Origin: Stegostoma tigrinum
Lineage: Eukaryota
Assembly: GCF_030684315.1 (NCBI RefSeq)
Contig: NC_081359.1
Span: forward strand, 88,382,838-88,446,837
Direction of reading: 5' to 3'
DNA: 64,000 bases
The notes beneath the pieces are model-generated. The model did not search any database and was not told the DNA's origin. It saw nothing but the letters and a program-made list of their open reading frames with translations. This document shows positions 1-14,389 of this stretch, one piece after another. The position numbers and the translations under genes are program-made. Within the stretch, counting starts at the first letter, position 1. Each line of letters begins with the position of its first letter.

Positions 1-301
1 TTAATTTTACTGTGTTTAATTTTGTGCTACAATTTAATATAGGAGCCAAATCAGGAAAATTTGCACAAAGCCATTTAGGTTTAAGCTTTAGAGTACTCAT
101 AAACCACAATATAATGTTTTAAAAAAGTACTCATATAAATAACATTTCCTTCCTAACCACTAGACACTTATTCTGGTTTTTTCAGGGTGAAACAATCTCA
201 GTGAGATCCATTTTGACACAGTGTTCACTCTATTATTTGACAGGAAATGGTTACAGCGGATTCAGACGGATGACTGACCTTGAACATTCACAACCACTTA
301 C

Positions 302-388
302 TTCAGAGATGTTTTTGTCGGTCTCCTTTCGTTTTTCCTCCAACTTCCTTTCAATACCCACAATTCCAGCAGCCCTCACTTTTCCTGT
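302..388 (-). CDS. VPS36: VPS36 coding exon 6 (gene continues beyond the left edge)
   Basis: [29 protein letters not shown]; TTGCAG acceptor, GTAAGT donor; 87 nt. Confidence 0.96.
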
Positions 389-1429
389 CTGCAAGAATAG
401 GAATTTTTTATTAATTTAACATCAAAAGTGCCACACATTCTACTCAAGTTTTTGTTCTCTTACGAATGCAGTTACTTCCTACCACATGTGATTGTTAAAT
501 GCTCTCACAGGAAATGAACTTTGAAGGGAACTCGGTTATTTTTATTATTAGCAGTTGAAATCAGAGTCTGGCTTTTGCGTCCCTTTTTAAAGTTTGATTA
601 TCTTCCTCTCTGTTGTGCACTGTTCCTTGTCTGAGATGCCTGGGTTGGGCAACCTGCTCAATGTTCAGTAACCCTGCTCTTGCATCAGTATCTCTAGGTT
701 GTTTCTTTCCCTGCCTGAAGGGACAGCAAAACATAGGTTCTGCTTTTTTCCTTCACTGGCCTTATTAAAATCAAGAACTAATTCCCTATGAGGAATTACT
801 GGATTGAACTATACCTAACACTTCATTGAACGAATCCACACAGCACAGAACAAGGTCAGTGGCTCATTGTGTCTGCAGCCATGGATTGAAACAGCTGCCT
901 TTCATTTCATTCCCCTATTCTTTCACCATAGTTACATACTTTCTTTTTACTTTTGAAATATATATCCACTTCAGTTGGCTTAAGTTAAGCCCAATATTCT
1001 GTTTTATGAGTAAGGAAACATTATATCAAGTAACAACATTGCATTATAATGTTGCTAAAGTGAAACTGTGTGTCAACAATGGCACAAAATTTTTACAAAG
1101 AATTAAGGTTGTGGAATTCACTTTTGCAGTTAATGATTGAGTTAGATTGGATTGCTAGGTGAAGGAAAAGGGGTGAAAGGGAATCAGAACTATTTATTAA
1201 ATATTGTCATACATTGATTACATTTATTAGTCTAAACTACAAAATATTCTTTTAACAGATAAATAATAAATGCATTTACAATACAATATATAAAACCAGC
1301 ATTCAAGCACAAATATTTAGGCATAACGTAGCTTAAGTATGTCAATTAACTTCAGCTCTGTACTTTCTAAAATTAGTTTTCTGACATCTTTAACAGCATT
1401 AAGTGAACTGAGCCCAAAGAGAGAAAACA

Positions 1430-1905
1430 ACAGTTGGGCAGAGAATGGGTAAAGTGCAGCCTTGGGAGAATCAATAGTTGCTAATAGGGACCATTAGTGG
1501 CTGACAATGGGTTGGTTGTGATAGCAGCCCATGAAATGGCAAGATTTCCCCCAAGGGACCCAGCAGCCTTGAGGACTCAATATCAAGTTCAATAAGTTTA
1601 GTGGCTGAGCATGTCCTTACCTCACCCCCACACACCAGACTATGTCATCACATGGGCTGCTACTACAATCAACCCATTTTCAGCCACTAATTATCTCTCT
1701 GAGCTCCATCTCCACCTATCATTTACTACTCCAACCCTAAAACCCATCTTCAGCATATATACCATGCTTGTCCAGGCTACAATCAGTTCTGAGAAAGGGT
1801 CACTGGACCCAAAACGTTAACTCTGCTTTCTCTCCACAGATGCTGTTTATCCGGAATTTTCTGTTTTTATTTCTGATTTCCAGCAACCACAGCTCTTTGA
1901 TTCCT
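1430..1905 (+). mobile_element. PLE family B non-autonomous pLTR remnant
   Basis: Decayed hammerhead CTGAGAAAGGGTCACTGGACCCAAAACGTT at 1789-1818, then CAGATGCTG...ATTTCCAGCA end shared with 22195-22320, 31005-31500 and 50655-50835. Confidence 0.6.
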
Positions 1906-2345
1906 TTTTAACTGACTGAGAACTGCAACAAAGACGATTCAACTGAAAAACAGATTAGTCGAGAATGAAACCCAAGTGCTTTTCAAAACAGGTCACATGA
2001 AGTTTTAACTCTGCATCTGACCAAATATGTGCTGCACTTGGGAAAACATTCATCCTGATATGTAAATCAAAAATGCATCATTGACCAACATAATTGGCAA
2101 ACCAGTCTCCCCAATACACCTTCCTCATCCCAAATTCTTTTCCTTCCCAATGACAGCTTCTTAATCTGACAATTATCCATTCATTAACACAAACACTGTT
2201 ACTTATGAGCACTAGCTAAAGCAGTGAAGAAATACAAGATAAGTGGTGTATGCAGGGAGGCCTTACATAAATTTTCATAAATGAACAATAAACATTTTAA
2301 ATGATTACAATAAATTAAGGCAGGAAGTCTAGTGTTAACACCTAC

Positions 2346-2435
2346 TTGTGATCTACTGGGTGACTGCATCGGTTGAGATACTGAAATTCGCTCCCATCGC
2401 TTTTGAGACAATTCTTCTGATAATCGTCTATAAAA
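2346..2435 (-). CDS. VPS36: VPS36 coding exon 5
   Basis: FYRRLSEELSQKRWERISVSQPMQSPSRSQ; AAG acceptor, GTAGG donor; 90 nt. Confidence 0.94.
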
Positions 2436-5400
2436 CTTTAAAAACAAAGCTAAATATCAAACAGTTATTCATAACAACAGTTTTGATAAAACGATTCTGA
2501 AACATCGCATAGTAATTTACAATTAGAACTATTATAATAAAGTTAAAGCATCTTGTATGTGTAAGGCACTTTAAATATTAGAAACAACACAAGGTATTTA
2601 AATCGTAGCTGGTTTGGGGGTTTGAATACATTTTACAAAATTAAAAAATCTTAACCGTAGACACACTAGACATCCCAAAGAGTAATCACAGTATTTGGCG
2701 CTCTTACTATAGACCATAAAAGATAACACTCATACTGGGAATTACATGTGTGGATGTTGGAGAAGACAGGATTTGGGTTGGTTGTAAGTTTCTCCATGAT
2801 TAAATAACCGCATGGATAAACAATAACCCAGGTTAAGCACACACCCTGCCATAATCAGTATCTGCAAGATAGGATACCAGTAAGAAGAAAAAAAATAGTG
2901 GAGGGAGAATGAGTAATCTTATATAAACAAATCTGAAATAGCAGAGATGAACTCAAGGTTTGAATGATTCATCAACCAACATACTTCTTGAAATCTCTTG
3001 TAAATTGTGTCTTATCCATCGTCACCTACTATCAATCTGAACCTTGAATTTAATAAGATTTGTGCAGAGACCCAGCTGCGCAAAGAAATTTTTATGCCTA
3101 ACATGTTGAGTGAGAAATAATGTCACATTAAGCATGGGACACCTTGGAGTTAAAATCAATTGGCACACTGCCCTGAAACTCCCAGAAATAAAATCAACCC
3201 TTTGCTCTTTCCCGACTCAATTTGCTTCCGGTGGGAACAAACTCAGAAAAGATAACTTGGGGAATAAATATAAAAACTGAGAGGCAAGTCCATCAGCACT
3301 TCTGCTGGGCAATAATTAGAAGAAAATACTATAAGATTTCAGTGATTACAAGGTTTAATTTCAACAACAAAGATGAACTTAGTTAAAATTAAAAAGTACT
3401 GGTGCTCTAAAAGCATCCTTTAGCCACAACTAATAAACACTGATCGTAATGAGTAATATGTCAAATCGCTACAAAAATACAAGCTTTCTTAATGTACATT
3501 AAATAGATAACATGTCTGCTCCACAGTAGCTTTGTACACTCTATGGTCTACTTTCATCTTCCTATGACATAGGCTGCCAGCATTTAAATAGCCTTGCCAA
3601 ATAGTATTTTTTATGGAGATATCTCTCTGGAGAAATAGACTTTAAAAGCAGGGCTGCAACGTTAAGTTTATATTGAATTTATATGGAATTAAATTTATAT
3701 AGAATACACGACAGTACTGAGCAAAGTCTGGTGTCCAAACTACAAATAGGATGCTAGAACACCAAGGAGAAGATTTAATGGGCAGTTACCAGGTCTGAGG
3801 ACACAATTATCAAGCAGGCTAGGTTTTCCATGAGAAGAGAATTCATTCCTTTTATCTAATTCATGCATGGCACAGGAGCATCGCTGGCAGCAGCAGTGTT
3901 TATTGCACATCCTGAATTGGTCAACAAAGTTATGGCGAGTTACGTATCTTCAATACAACTGAGTTACATGCTGATAGTTAAAAGTCAAACACATTGGTCT
4001 GGATCTGGAGGCACATAGACCAGATTGGGTAATTACGGCACATTTCCTTCCGTAAAGCTCATTAGTGCACCAGACAGATGACTAGCATTTTTTAAATTCA
4101 AAGTTTATTTAAACAATACAGACTCATCAGCTGCTGTGATGGGGTTTGAACTCATATCTCTAGATTGTTAGACCATGTTTTGATTTAATGGCCCAGTATG
4201 TGATTATACAACTGAACACTAACAAGAAAACTGTCTTTAAAAGTGCGAAGAGGTTAAGTAGAGTGGGAGAAACTACTTCCACTTGTGGATGAGTCCAAAA
4301 TTAGGGGGACATAACCACAGCTCAGCTCCTAGAAGATCAAAATAAATAATGAAGAGTTTCTAATACATATTAGATCACCTCATGTCACAGCAAGAGTGGC
4401 TGAAGAAAATGGCACTGATGCTTTTAAGTTGAAAATTGATGCATTAATGAAGGAAGAAATAAAAGACAAATCTATAACCAGAACAACTGAGAAGACTGAA
4501 GTGCAGTATTAGTAAAAAGGGCAGAAAGTCAGGTAGAATAGAAGAAAAGGGATATAATGGAATAAAGAGGCCAAGAGAAATTATCCTGGTTTCTCTCGGT
4601 TATGAACTTATGAATGACAGTCAATGTAAACGTGGCACATACACTGGCTAAACATGCATGGGAAAATGCAATTTAATTGCCAGATTGTTAGCAAGAGGTG
4701 AGTGAGAGGATATGTTAGGTCAATTTTGATCTTTAAAGTTGGCGAACAGAGAACAGCCTGAAAGGGATATGGGAGATAGGAAGTGAAAATGCTAGAGTGC
4801 AGATTCCTAGTCAACAGCCAAGCTTGACTCCTTGTTCCAGAGAAATCAAGTTCATGTTAGGCAAGTTAAGTATGTGGAACTAAATGAATTGTTCTGAAAT
4901 TTAAAAAGACGGCTTGTAAAATCATTGAGCTTAAACATGTATAATAGTAAGCCAACAGAGAATGGCAGTAGAACATGGCAAAATGAATCAGTTAAATAAC
5001 ACAAGACAAATAAACGCAGCTGAGAAATGGAAGTCAGGAAACCAAATTAGGAAAACTTATAGAAAAACCACATACCAGGTACTTAGCAGTTGTAAAAGAT
5101 GAACAAGGGGAGGCAGTTAGAAGAATGAAACTCTGGAGATGATTAAGTGAGAACAACAGGTTAAAAATGCCTCAAATCAGATTTCCATATAAAAGTGACT
5201 GCTAGCTAAATACACATTTATCAAATGGATTTTTTTGGTGTACTAATTAAAGGAAAACAGCCAACTTAAATGAGAACATTTAAAAACTGGAACCAATGCA
5301 AAATCCTAAAAGGATTGCAGGATTTCACTCAATCAAAATTAGTCCTCAAGGTTTGCAGTTACTGACCATTTAAACAATGAGCCGCTTTTGAAGTTTTGAG

Positions 5401-5860
5401 ATCTTTGCTCCATAGGATCAAATAGACAAACTCATTTTACATATAATTTTAACATAATATTGCAAGAAGGAATCAGAGGAAGTGCGTAATCACACTGCTG
5501 AGTGAGACTGCCTCTCACCATACACCTTTATAACTGGGTATAGCCATTCCTTCCTCAAAAAAAATGGTAATGTTCAACTTCTCTTAAAGCTGATGTTGAA
5601 CCTCCAAAGAGATAAATGAGTACTATTTGCATGATGTTGTTCTTTCTTGGGGATTTTATTATAAAACAAATAGTGCAACAGGAATCTGGAATTTGCAAAG
5701 TCATGCCAATCATGTCGGCCAAACTGAAGTACTATCGTCCTGCCTGGTCAACATTCATGGAATTTTTTTTATTGGTGAAACTCTCATTTAGGCACTAACA
5801 AACTTTTAAAAAAGCAGTGAATTGTTTTACATACATTTTAGCAGTCAGCATAATAATTAC

Positions 5861-5975
5861 CTCAATCTGTCCATGTTCCTTGAAAGACAACTTGATGTAA
5901 GAGTATTTGCTACTCCGATATGGACCAGGCTCTTTGTTGGGAGAAGCCGGTTGAAGATGAACTACTATTTTGGCA
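5861..5975 (-). CDS. VPS36: VPS36 coding exon 4
   Basis: (S)[38 protein letters not shown]; TTTCCAG acceptor, GTAATT donor; 115 nt, phase matches exon 3. Confidence 0.96.
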
Positions 5976-6779
5976 CTGGAAACAAAATAAAAGAGTTTGC
6001 TTTTTCAGTCATTTCCTTGATCAAGTACAAAGTGCAGCACTGTAAATGAAGAACCGACAATAGACGGTCATGTTGACACCTCTACATCACAATTTAGCCA
6101 GAACATTACACAATTCAACAAGAGCGCTGTTGGACAATTTCTTCTAAGTGTGTGATTCTCTCATTCTCTGTTGGTCGTCCCTTGAAAAAATGCTCAATGA
6201 TGATGGATACTTGACCAGAAGGGAAAAAAGGAAAGAAAATTCAGAAAGCATGCTTTGTAACAATAGTTCACAGGAATATTAAAAGAGTGTTCACCAAACG
6301 GTTACAGCACGAGACAGCCATTCAGCCCATTGTGCCAGTGCAATAATTCTGCAGAAGTTAATTAACTACTTGCACTCCTGCCTTTTATTCTACAAATTTT
6401 TCTCTAGATAATAATCCAATTTCTTTTTCTTTCCTTTCAATTTGCCCACACTCCTCAGCATGCTGCAGATATAACATCAAAAGGAGCATGCCATACAATA
6501 AACATATTAACTATTAAAAGATAAGGAAATCGAAAGAACTGAAAATGTGGATTTGATAATTTTCTTTTGCAGTACTGTCAAGGGGGCAACAAAAAGAAAT
6601 TACAAGAAGGACAAAGAACACAATACAATTACTAGTTAAATAAAGTTAAAATGCAAGAATATTACAATCATCTGTGGAACTGCAAGATTTTAAAGCACAG
6701 ACACTCAATCCACAAGTCACAGAACCAAAGAGGTTTATAGCACAAGACCATTCAACCAATTTCACTGAGCTGACTATTG

Positions 6780-7440
6780 GCTAAATGAATAATTTATAAT
6801 AATAAAGCGCATTCAACATAATAAAATGCCCAAAGTTGCTGCACTGGAGATCACAAAATAAAATTTGACATTGAAGCAAAAACAAGGTAACCAACAGTTT
6901 GTCAAAGCGGTAAGCTTTAAGGATGATCCATAAGGAAGGAAGACATGGCAAAGTTATGGAGAAAATCTTAGAATCTTAGGCAGCTGAAGACACCAAATTG
7001 TAGGACAAAGAAAATCCTGAGTGTACAAGAAGTCAGAATAAGAGGAGCACAAAGGTCTTGGAGGATTGTTAGCTAGATGAGGTTACAGTGATAGGGAGTG
7101 GCAAGACATTGTAGGGTATTTGAATACAAAGATGAGATCTTTAAAATCACAATATTGCCGGTCCAGGAGCCAATGTAGGTGCTTGTGCACGTGCAGTGAT
7201 GGATGTATGAGACTTGATGGAAGTTAAGATATGGCCAGAGTTCCAGATGAGTTTAAAGCTAAATCCTAACGCGGTTAAAAGTGAAAGCTAGGAGGCCTGT
7301 CATGAGCGAACTGGAAGATTAATGCAAGGGGAGATGTGGTTTCTGCAGCTAATGAACTGAAGTAGAGGCAAGTTTGATGATTATATCAAGGTGGAAGTAA
7401 GTGGTCTAAGTGATGGTGTGGATATAGGTCAGGAATATAA
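6780..7440 (-). mobile_element. Decayed L2-like LINE 3' region
   Basis: L2-like tail and body; further related fragments at ~9050-9440 and ~11850-12210. Confidence 0.45.
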
Positions 7441-8191
7441 ATAATTGTGTGGTAGTACAGAGCTTAAAACATTGCTAAAAGGAAACAAAAAGCAATGTTT
7501 TTGTCTTGCAATCATCAGAACTAGAACACAAGAAACATTTGAAAACAGGAACACTCCCTCATACAGCGTGACAAGAGGGTGCTGATTGATTGGGCCATCA
7601 TTGGCATGGAATGCAGCAAAAACAGTGAACTGTCAATCTTAATTCTCAGGTCAAGCAGGCAAATTCTGATTGATCAGGGAGAAACTATGGGGATGCAGCA
7701 GAGAATTGGCTGTCTCCTTGAACCTTTTCATTTTAAGCAAAAAAGGTGCAATGCATGTTAAAATTATTTTCATTCTTACAAAGCAGGATTGTGTAAATAC
7801 ATATGTACCTTCTACAATCCTTGGGACGTATGGTCTACAAACCTGGCAGCACACGGGTACTGAAACCTACCACATTACGTCCAAAGATGCAGTTCTCCTG
7901 GTAATCAACAAATGTTAGCAACAGCTGGGCCTAGAGATGGGCATTGCCGTGTATTTGAGCTCTCATGGAGTCACCACTCACTGCGTTTTGCTAAAACTCA
8001 TGAGAGGGCCTATGTCCACTACTTTGGCCCTATGCAGTTGCCAATCTACCTCAGATTAGTCTGGAAGTGGAAGGTAACTCTCAAATTTGAACTTCAGGTG
8101 AAACTATGCAGTAAACCCAAGAGATCATCAGCTGCAGCATGATAAATTTGTGCATGCTAGAAACTACAGATATAAATACATACAAAGTAGC

Positions 8192-8374
8192 AAGAACTGC
8201 AGACACTGGAGTCAGAGATAACAGTGTGGAGCTGGAGAAACATAGCAGGACAGGTAGCATCAGAGGAGCAGGAAAGTTCACTTTTCGTGGTGGAACACTT
8301 CTTCTTAAGAAATGTCAACTTTCCTGCTCCTCTGATGCTTGCAGTGTTCCTTCAGCTCCAGATGTGTTATCTCT
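8192..8374. mobile_element. Palindromic non-autonomous element made of two inverted family-A pLTR ends
   Basis: AGCATCAGAGGAGCAGGAAAGTT...AACTTTCCTGCTCCTCTGATGCT inverted arms. Confidence 0.8.
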
Positions 8375-8394
8375 AAACACATACAGCTCTTTTT

Positions 8395-8730
8395 TTGTTA
8401 ATTCATTTATGGGTTGTGGGCATCGATGGCTAGGTCAGCAATTATTGCCCATCCCTAATTGCCCAAAGGGCAGTTAAGAGTCAACCTGTGGATCTGGAGT
8501 CACATGTAGGCCAGGCCAGGAATGGATGACAGATTTCTTTTCCTAAAGGACATTAGTGGACCAGATGGGTTTTCCAACAATTGACAATTAGACTCTTAAT
8601 TCCAGATTTTTAAAAATTAAATTCAGATGCCACTATCTGCTGTGGTGGAATTTGAACACATGTCCCCACACCATTAGCTGGGTCTCTGGCTTAACAGTCT
8701 AGCGGTAATACCACTAAACCATTGCCTCCT
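8395..8730 (-). mobile_element. Second tRNA-derived SINE family (possibly SacSINE1/Deu-type)
   Basis: Shared GGAGTCACATGTAGGCCAG...CTAAAGGACATTAGTG body and reverse box B (GGAATTTGAAC); related copies at ~3845-4220, 42310-42640 (+) and 54365-54740. Confidence 0.55.
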
Positions 8731-11700
8731 CCTTTATGTAGGCAGAAAAGAATTTCTACATGCATTACACCTTGTCAACAAAAAAGAAAGGTGTCATTGA
8801 CACAGCCGATCTCCTGCTGCATCCTCATGGCGAGAACCTTACCAATCAGCCTTTACTTGCCTGGTGTGAGAATTAAGATTGATAGGTAACTGTTCTTGCT
8901 GTATTTGCATGCCACTGATGACCCAGCCAATCAGCAGCCTCTTCTTGTGTTCTTTAATATGCCGTTCCTTTTTTCAAGTCTGTTCCTTGCATCATAATTC
9001 TGATGAGTCAAGACAAAATTCTGCAACTGTTTCCCCTTTTAACAATATGTACAAGTCAGGAGCTTGTCTCAGAGTCAAATCAGCTAATAAGATTGCAAAC
9101 AGACTGCTTCATTCTCAGGCAGCTGGCAGGAAGAGAGATTAGTCAGAAGCTGGGGAGCTGTGTTTCCAGTGGAATCAGAAGACAATGGTTAGAGTCCTCC
9201 CAATACTTATTTGGAGGAGATTTCAGTTCATGCACTACTAGACACCAAACAAGCTTTTCGACATCATAGTAGATTAGGAGAGGTGCAGATGAGGTAGTAC
9301 TGAGTATCATCAGCATACAAGTGGAACTTGATAATATTACTGAAGGACAATATGCAGATCTAAGCAGGAAAAAGGAAACATATTTTGGCGTACTACAGAG
9401 ATAGGAGTGCAGGACCAGGAAGAGCTATCAGGCAGGTGATTCTTTGGCAGAATGTTGTGTTACATTTTAAGTATAATAAATAAAACCCCTTTAAATAAAA
9501 ATAAACAATAAAGCGTATAATGTGGCTTCTTAAACTTTCCACGTGCTACTTATTGAGGCCCAAAGTATAGTATTGTTGTTACAATTATGTTACATTTTAA
9601 AAACAAAAGTGGAAAGATGAGGGTGCTGCGTCCACAAACCTTTCACATCTGACTGCTGGAAGTTATCAAATATCTCAATCCGGACTTCAACACAACCCTA
9701 ACTATCTGCTATACTTCTAACTTTACATCGCTATGTTTTATCAACTTGCCCTTCTATCTCCCCCTTTTTCCAGAAAGCCATCATTAATCTGGGGAAGCCA
9801 AAAGATCAACAGCCAAAGGATTGCAGGCCCTTCCCAGTAGAATAATAAACTAAACTCATTAATTACTGTAAAACCTTTGTTAGAGCACACGCTTCCTAGC
9901 AAAACAAAACCTTCAGTTCCTTCTATTGCCAAGAGAAACACACCAAATATCCTTTTAAGTATGAAAAATATATAAACTTGGAATCTCTTGGGATAAACAT
10001 TGCCCAAGTTATTATTCCAAATTGAATATAACATCTCTGAAATTAAAGAGTATTTCTCTGGCTTTCATTCCAATCCTCTTATTGGCTCACAATCAATTCG
10101 TCCAGTTCCATTACATTTTCCAAATGGGATTTTTAAGCTTAGATATAGTAGATCACTTTAGATATAGTTAAAGCCTACAATTATTTTACAGAACTAAATG
10201 GCAATTATCAAAATCAGAAACTAGAGGAATACCATCCATCCAATACAATAACACCACATTTTAGAGCGTATTTTTACACTGAAACTCTCTAAAGAACAGC
10301 AAATACCGGAAAGTTAATTCTAAATTTATAGATAAAAGCTTTAACTCACAAGGAAAATCTTTAAGAATGAGTTACAGCAATGAAAATGATGGTCCTTCAT
10401 ACAAAATAATTATTCCTTGCATATGGTAATTCATCTTGCCAATCATTCTTCATTTGAAGCAACTTACGTTTTATCTCTCCAACCAGCAGCTTTTTTTGCA
10501 AATAATTTCCACTTTACTACACCACTCCCATACCATTTCAAACATCAACTCTCCATTTAGGTCCTCACCCCATCACCTTGTAATCACCCCCAGAACTCAC
10601 TCTGATCAACAGAGTCCTTTGTGGTAAGCAATTCCACAATCTCAGATTTTTTTTTTCTTCCCCTCTGTTGTCTCTGCTTTTTTGGTCTTGTTTTAAGCCC
10701 TTATCGTTTTGTCATTATATCAGCATAATGTCTGGTGCTCCAATTTCAATCGCTGATCCTAAAAATGGTGTCAATGTTGTTCTAACTTAGCATAAATTCA
10801 TTTTATACTTTACAGATTTCAACTGCAGTCTATTACATGCACTGAAATTGTGTGCCCTCACTAAACCTAAGTGTATTTTTCAACTAGCAGGAATAGCAAC
10901 TTTAAAATGGCTAACAACTATTATAACAATATTGTAGGCTACATGCTAAACTGGACTCTGATTTCCAATCAGAGTATCTTTACACAAGCTGCAGATTACA
11001 GGAAACCTTCATTCAACATTGTTTCACTTTAATGTCAGGACATTATTGGGACCTGAAATCTCAGTGGAACATTGAGACCTCCATTCTGATGGCATTACCA
11101 TACATGATCCAACTGGTGAGATTTGGCACACCTTTCCACACTCTGTGTCTCTACCTGTGCAGCACTGCTCCCTGTACCAGAGAGCCTCCATTCACCAAGC
11201 TCCAAGGCACAGGCTGAAGCCACCGACCACTCCCAGATACACTTCATACACTGTCACGTCAGGCTGTACACCAACAACAAACCTCTAGCAACCAGTTCCC
11301 CCTACTGAGAGGCTGCAGCACCTGTACACCCCCTCCACTGCTGCAAGGCCTACCCAGGCACAATGGAACCATCCCTCCTGGTTGGCTATGGGGCTCCAAC
11401 AAATCCAAAGCATATGTTATGTCCAAGCTCAGAGCTCCCTTCACCCTCCTCACTGGCCCCTGCAGAGCTCAATGCTTCTCTTAAAGTTGTTTCATTTAAA
11501 GTTGAGACTTTTGGGAAAGCAGTCACAAATTTAAAAAGGATTTCCTGCAATTAGATTGTGCTGTCCAGATTAATTACAGTAGCTTTTGTTACATTTAAAT
11601 TACAGTTGGTCCATTAAGTTACAACATTAGAAAGCTTTTTTCCTCCCATATAGACCAGTGGAAAGACTCTTCCAAAAAAGATGTGTTGCCTAGGTCAACT

Positions 11701-12761
11701 GAAAATCCTAAAACTGAGCCTGATGGATTTTTGTTACATGAAGAGGCTAAAATGGTTATCAATTCAAGACATGAAAATGGAGTTTGGTTGTTTACTAACT
11801 AAATGGCCTAACCTGTTGCTAAATTTCCACAGTAATTTCTAACTATACAGCTACTAAAAGGTGCTTCCTAGGCGCAGAATCAAGGAAAAACTGGAATTAA
11901 ACCAAATCAGGAGATGATAGGACGAGTTATCAAATATTTGGCAATATGGATAGTTTTAACACTGTACCTTAAAGGGGATGTGAGGAAAGACAGTTTTAGA
12001 CAGAAAAATTAGACTTGCGGCTTAGACAGCCAAATCCAAAGGCATCAATTAAGATCAATGAACGAAATCAGAAGATGCACCAAAAGCCAAAGTTGGAAGA
12101 ACACAATGTTTTCCAAAGGTCATGGAGCTGAACAAAGTGTCAGAAACAGGGACAGCCAGGGTTGTGAAGAAATTTAAACATGAGAATTAGAATGGGAATT
12201 TTAAGATTTAATCCAGTTTCATGTTCCAAAAGTTCTTGGCTCTGTTACAGGAATGAGCCCTGGTGAACTGCACATATTTTAAAATGCCCTGCTACTTGAA
12301 GCTCAATTGTCCATCTAGCAGTGGAGAAAGCTACATTGCTCCCATACTAAATTCACTAGCTGCTTTGTGAGAACCCACTCTGCATTTTCCCCCGTTAATG
12401 CCCATTCCTTTGTGCACCTCCATCCCACACACAGCTGATGTTACACTTTCATGTATTCCCCTGTTTCAAGGCATATTAGTCACAACAAGAATATGCCACA
12501 CTATTATTGGGTATAAAATTCCAACTTTTGGTCACTTTAAAAGGCAAAGTAAAAAGTCTATGATTTCCAGTTTTGTGCCAAAATGGCCCATTTTCAGCAA
12601 AGTTATCAACTTGTACAATCGCATGTCACAATTTAAAGCCAGAAATATTAAAATCAATGATAAGATGGTTTTCAACATCAGCGTTACAGGGCCATGGAAA
12701 AACAGAAGGCAAATTTGTATAAGTCCAATGTTTCAAAATTATTTTGATGGCGAAGTCTCAC

Positions 12762-12832
12762 CTTTTTCCTATTCCGGCTGCCTGTTCCTCAAAGAAAATG
12801 ATCTGTGACAAAGATAAAGCGATGCAGCAATC
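12762..12832 (-). CDS. VPS36: VPS36 coding exon 3
   Basis: DCCIALSLSQIIFFEEQAAGIGK(S); CAG acceptor, GTGAGA donor; 71 nt; not in the ORF track. Confidence 0.95.
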
Positions 12833-14087
12833 CTGTAGGAAAGGCAAGTGAAGAAATAGCTAAATCCCATCAGCACTTTTAATCTAAACAGTCATAAGAA
12901 CAACTTACCTTCAGAATCCCAATTCAGTAAACTTTAACATACTGAATGCCAGACATAAAATTGTTACACACCAAAGATAAATCTGTATATATGAAAGGTA
13001 ATAAACAATGGCTTTTTTAAAAAAAATGTTGGCTCTAAAGTTGTTATATAACATTTTACAGATGTTTTATCTCACTTTATTCAAGCCTGAGAATGTTACT
13101 AAGTAACCTACTTAGCATAACTTTTGCAATTTAGAATTAGAATAAATTCTAAATTTTACAGTTCATTATTAATGCACCTGAAATAATGGAAACACTTCCC
13201 ACTACATTTTTCCACATCGCTGGCAGCACAGTTTGTTATTCTTAATGTAGTTTATACCATTTACTATAGTTTCTCAGGCTATCAATCCTTTCTACATTCT
13301 TCTTTTCAAAGTACTGACATGTGGTCAGCAAGAATGTTATGCCAGAAAGATTATCTAGGTTAATATAGTTCCTCTCACAGGCCAATTGCCTTTCATCTAT
13401 TCAATGTTGTGGCCACCCATGTGCAACAAGGAGATATTTCTCACTCAAAAGCATTGTGAATTGGTAGAATTCCCCTTCCCTTTAGGTTTGTGGAATATGC
13501 TTAAGGCTGGGATAAACAGATTTTTTTGCCTCTCAGGGAATAGAGGGTCAATGGAGAGCAGGAGGGAAAGTGGGCGTTGAGGCTGATCATTGTATTGAAA
13601 AACATAAAAGGCTCAAATGCCCAAATTATTTACTCCTACTCCTATTTCTTACTTTCTTAGATTAGCACAGGAAACAGGGGTAGACAGCAGGGCAGCGTGG
13701 TTAGCAGAATTTTGCATTTCCTGCCATTTGAGGGTGGGCTTAAATCACAATTCCCTAGTCCACAAAACTTATCCTTGGGCTACTTGTATCCATAGTTATT
13801 TTATCCCCACTAGAAAAAAGCTAATGCTTTTTTGAAAGAAACATTTCATGACTGTTTATTCAAAATTAATCATAGTTTCACCATGCTTGATGGCTAATTA
13901 AGGGTGGGTGATTTGTTCAGTGAGAAAAGCTCAAATAATGGAAATACAATCTTTTTCTTTATTAATATTCTCTCGACATGTCACATATCTTACGGTTGAT
14001 TCTTATTGAAGGGGTATTCCTGACCTATTTACCTTGACATGGCAGTATCAAATCTCAAATTGTACAAATTATTAAAGCTAGCATCAG

Positions 14088-14304
14088 AATGGCAGACGCT
14101 GAAGCATACATATATAACAGTGTGGAGCTGGAGGAACACAGCAGGCCAGGCAGCATCAGAGGAGCAGGAAAGCTGATGTTTCGGTTCAGGATCCTTCTTC
14201 AGAAATTCAGAAACGTCGGCTTTCCTGCTCCTCTGCTGCTGTCTTGCTTGTTTTCCTCCAGCTCCATACTGTCTAATCTCCGACTCCAACATGTGCAGTT
14301 CTTA
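14088..14304. mobile_element. Palindromic non-autonomous family-A pLTR hairpin element
   Basis: GGAGCTGGAGGAA...GAGGAGCAGGAAAG / CTTTCCTGCTCCTC...TTCCTCCAGCTCC arms; hammerhead core at 14175-14202 (-). Confidence 0.8.
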
Positions 14305-14389
14305 CTATCTCAGCGTACATGTGTGTTTCCTTTGGCACTCTTGCTCCAACATCATCCAGCCAAGTAGAACGGAATCAAATAACAGCTAT

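Larger units (their letters stand above)
7490..9050. mobile_element. Old PLE family D inverted pair, interrupted by later insertions
   Basis: Minus copy ~7490-8130 has GIY-YIG-like NVV..FQYPCAARFVDHTSQ; plus tail ~8800-9030; both resemble 26270-26470 and 28950-29130; CTGATGA cores at 7512-7518 (-) and 9000-9006 (+). Confidence 0.6.
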
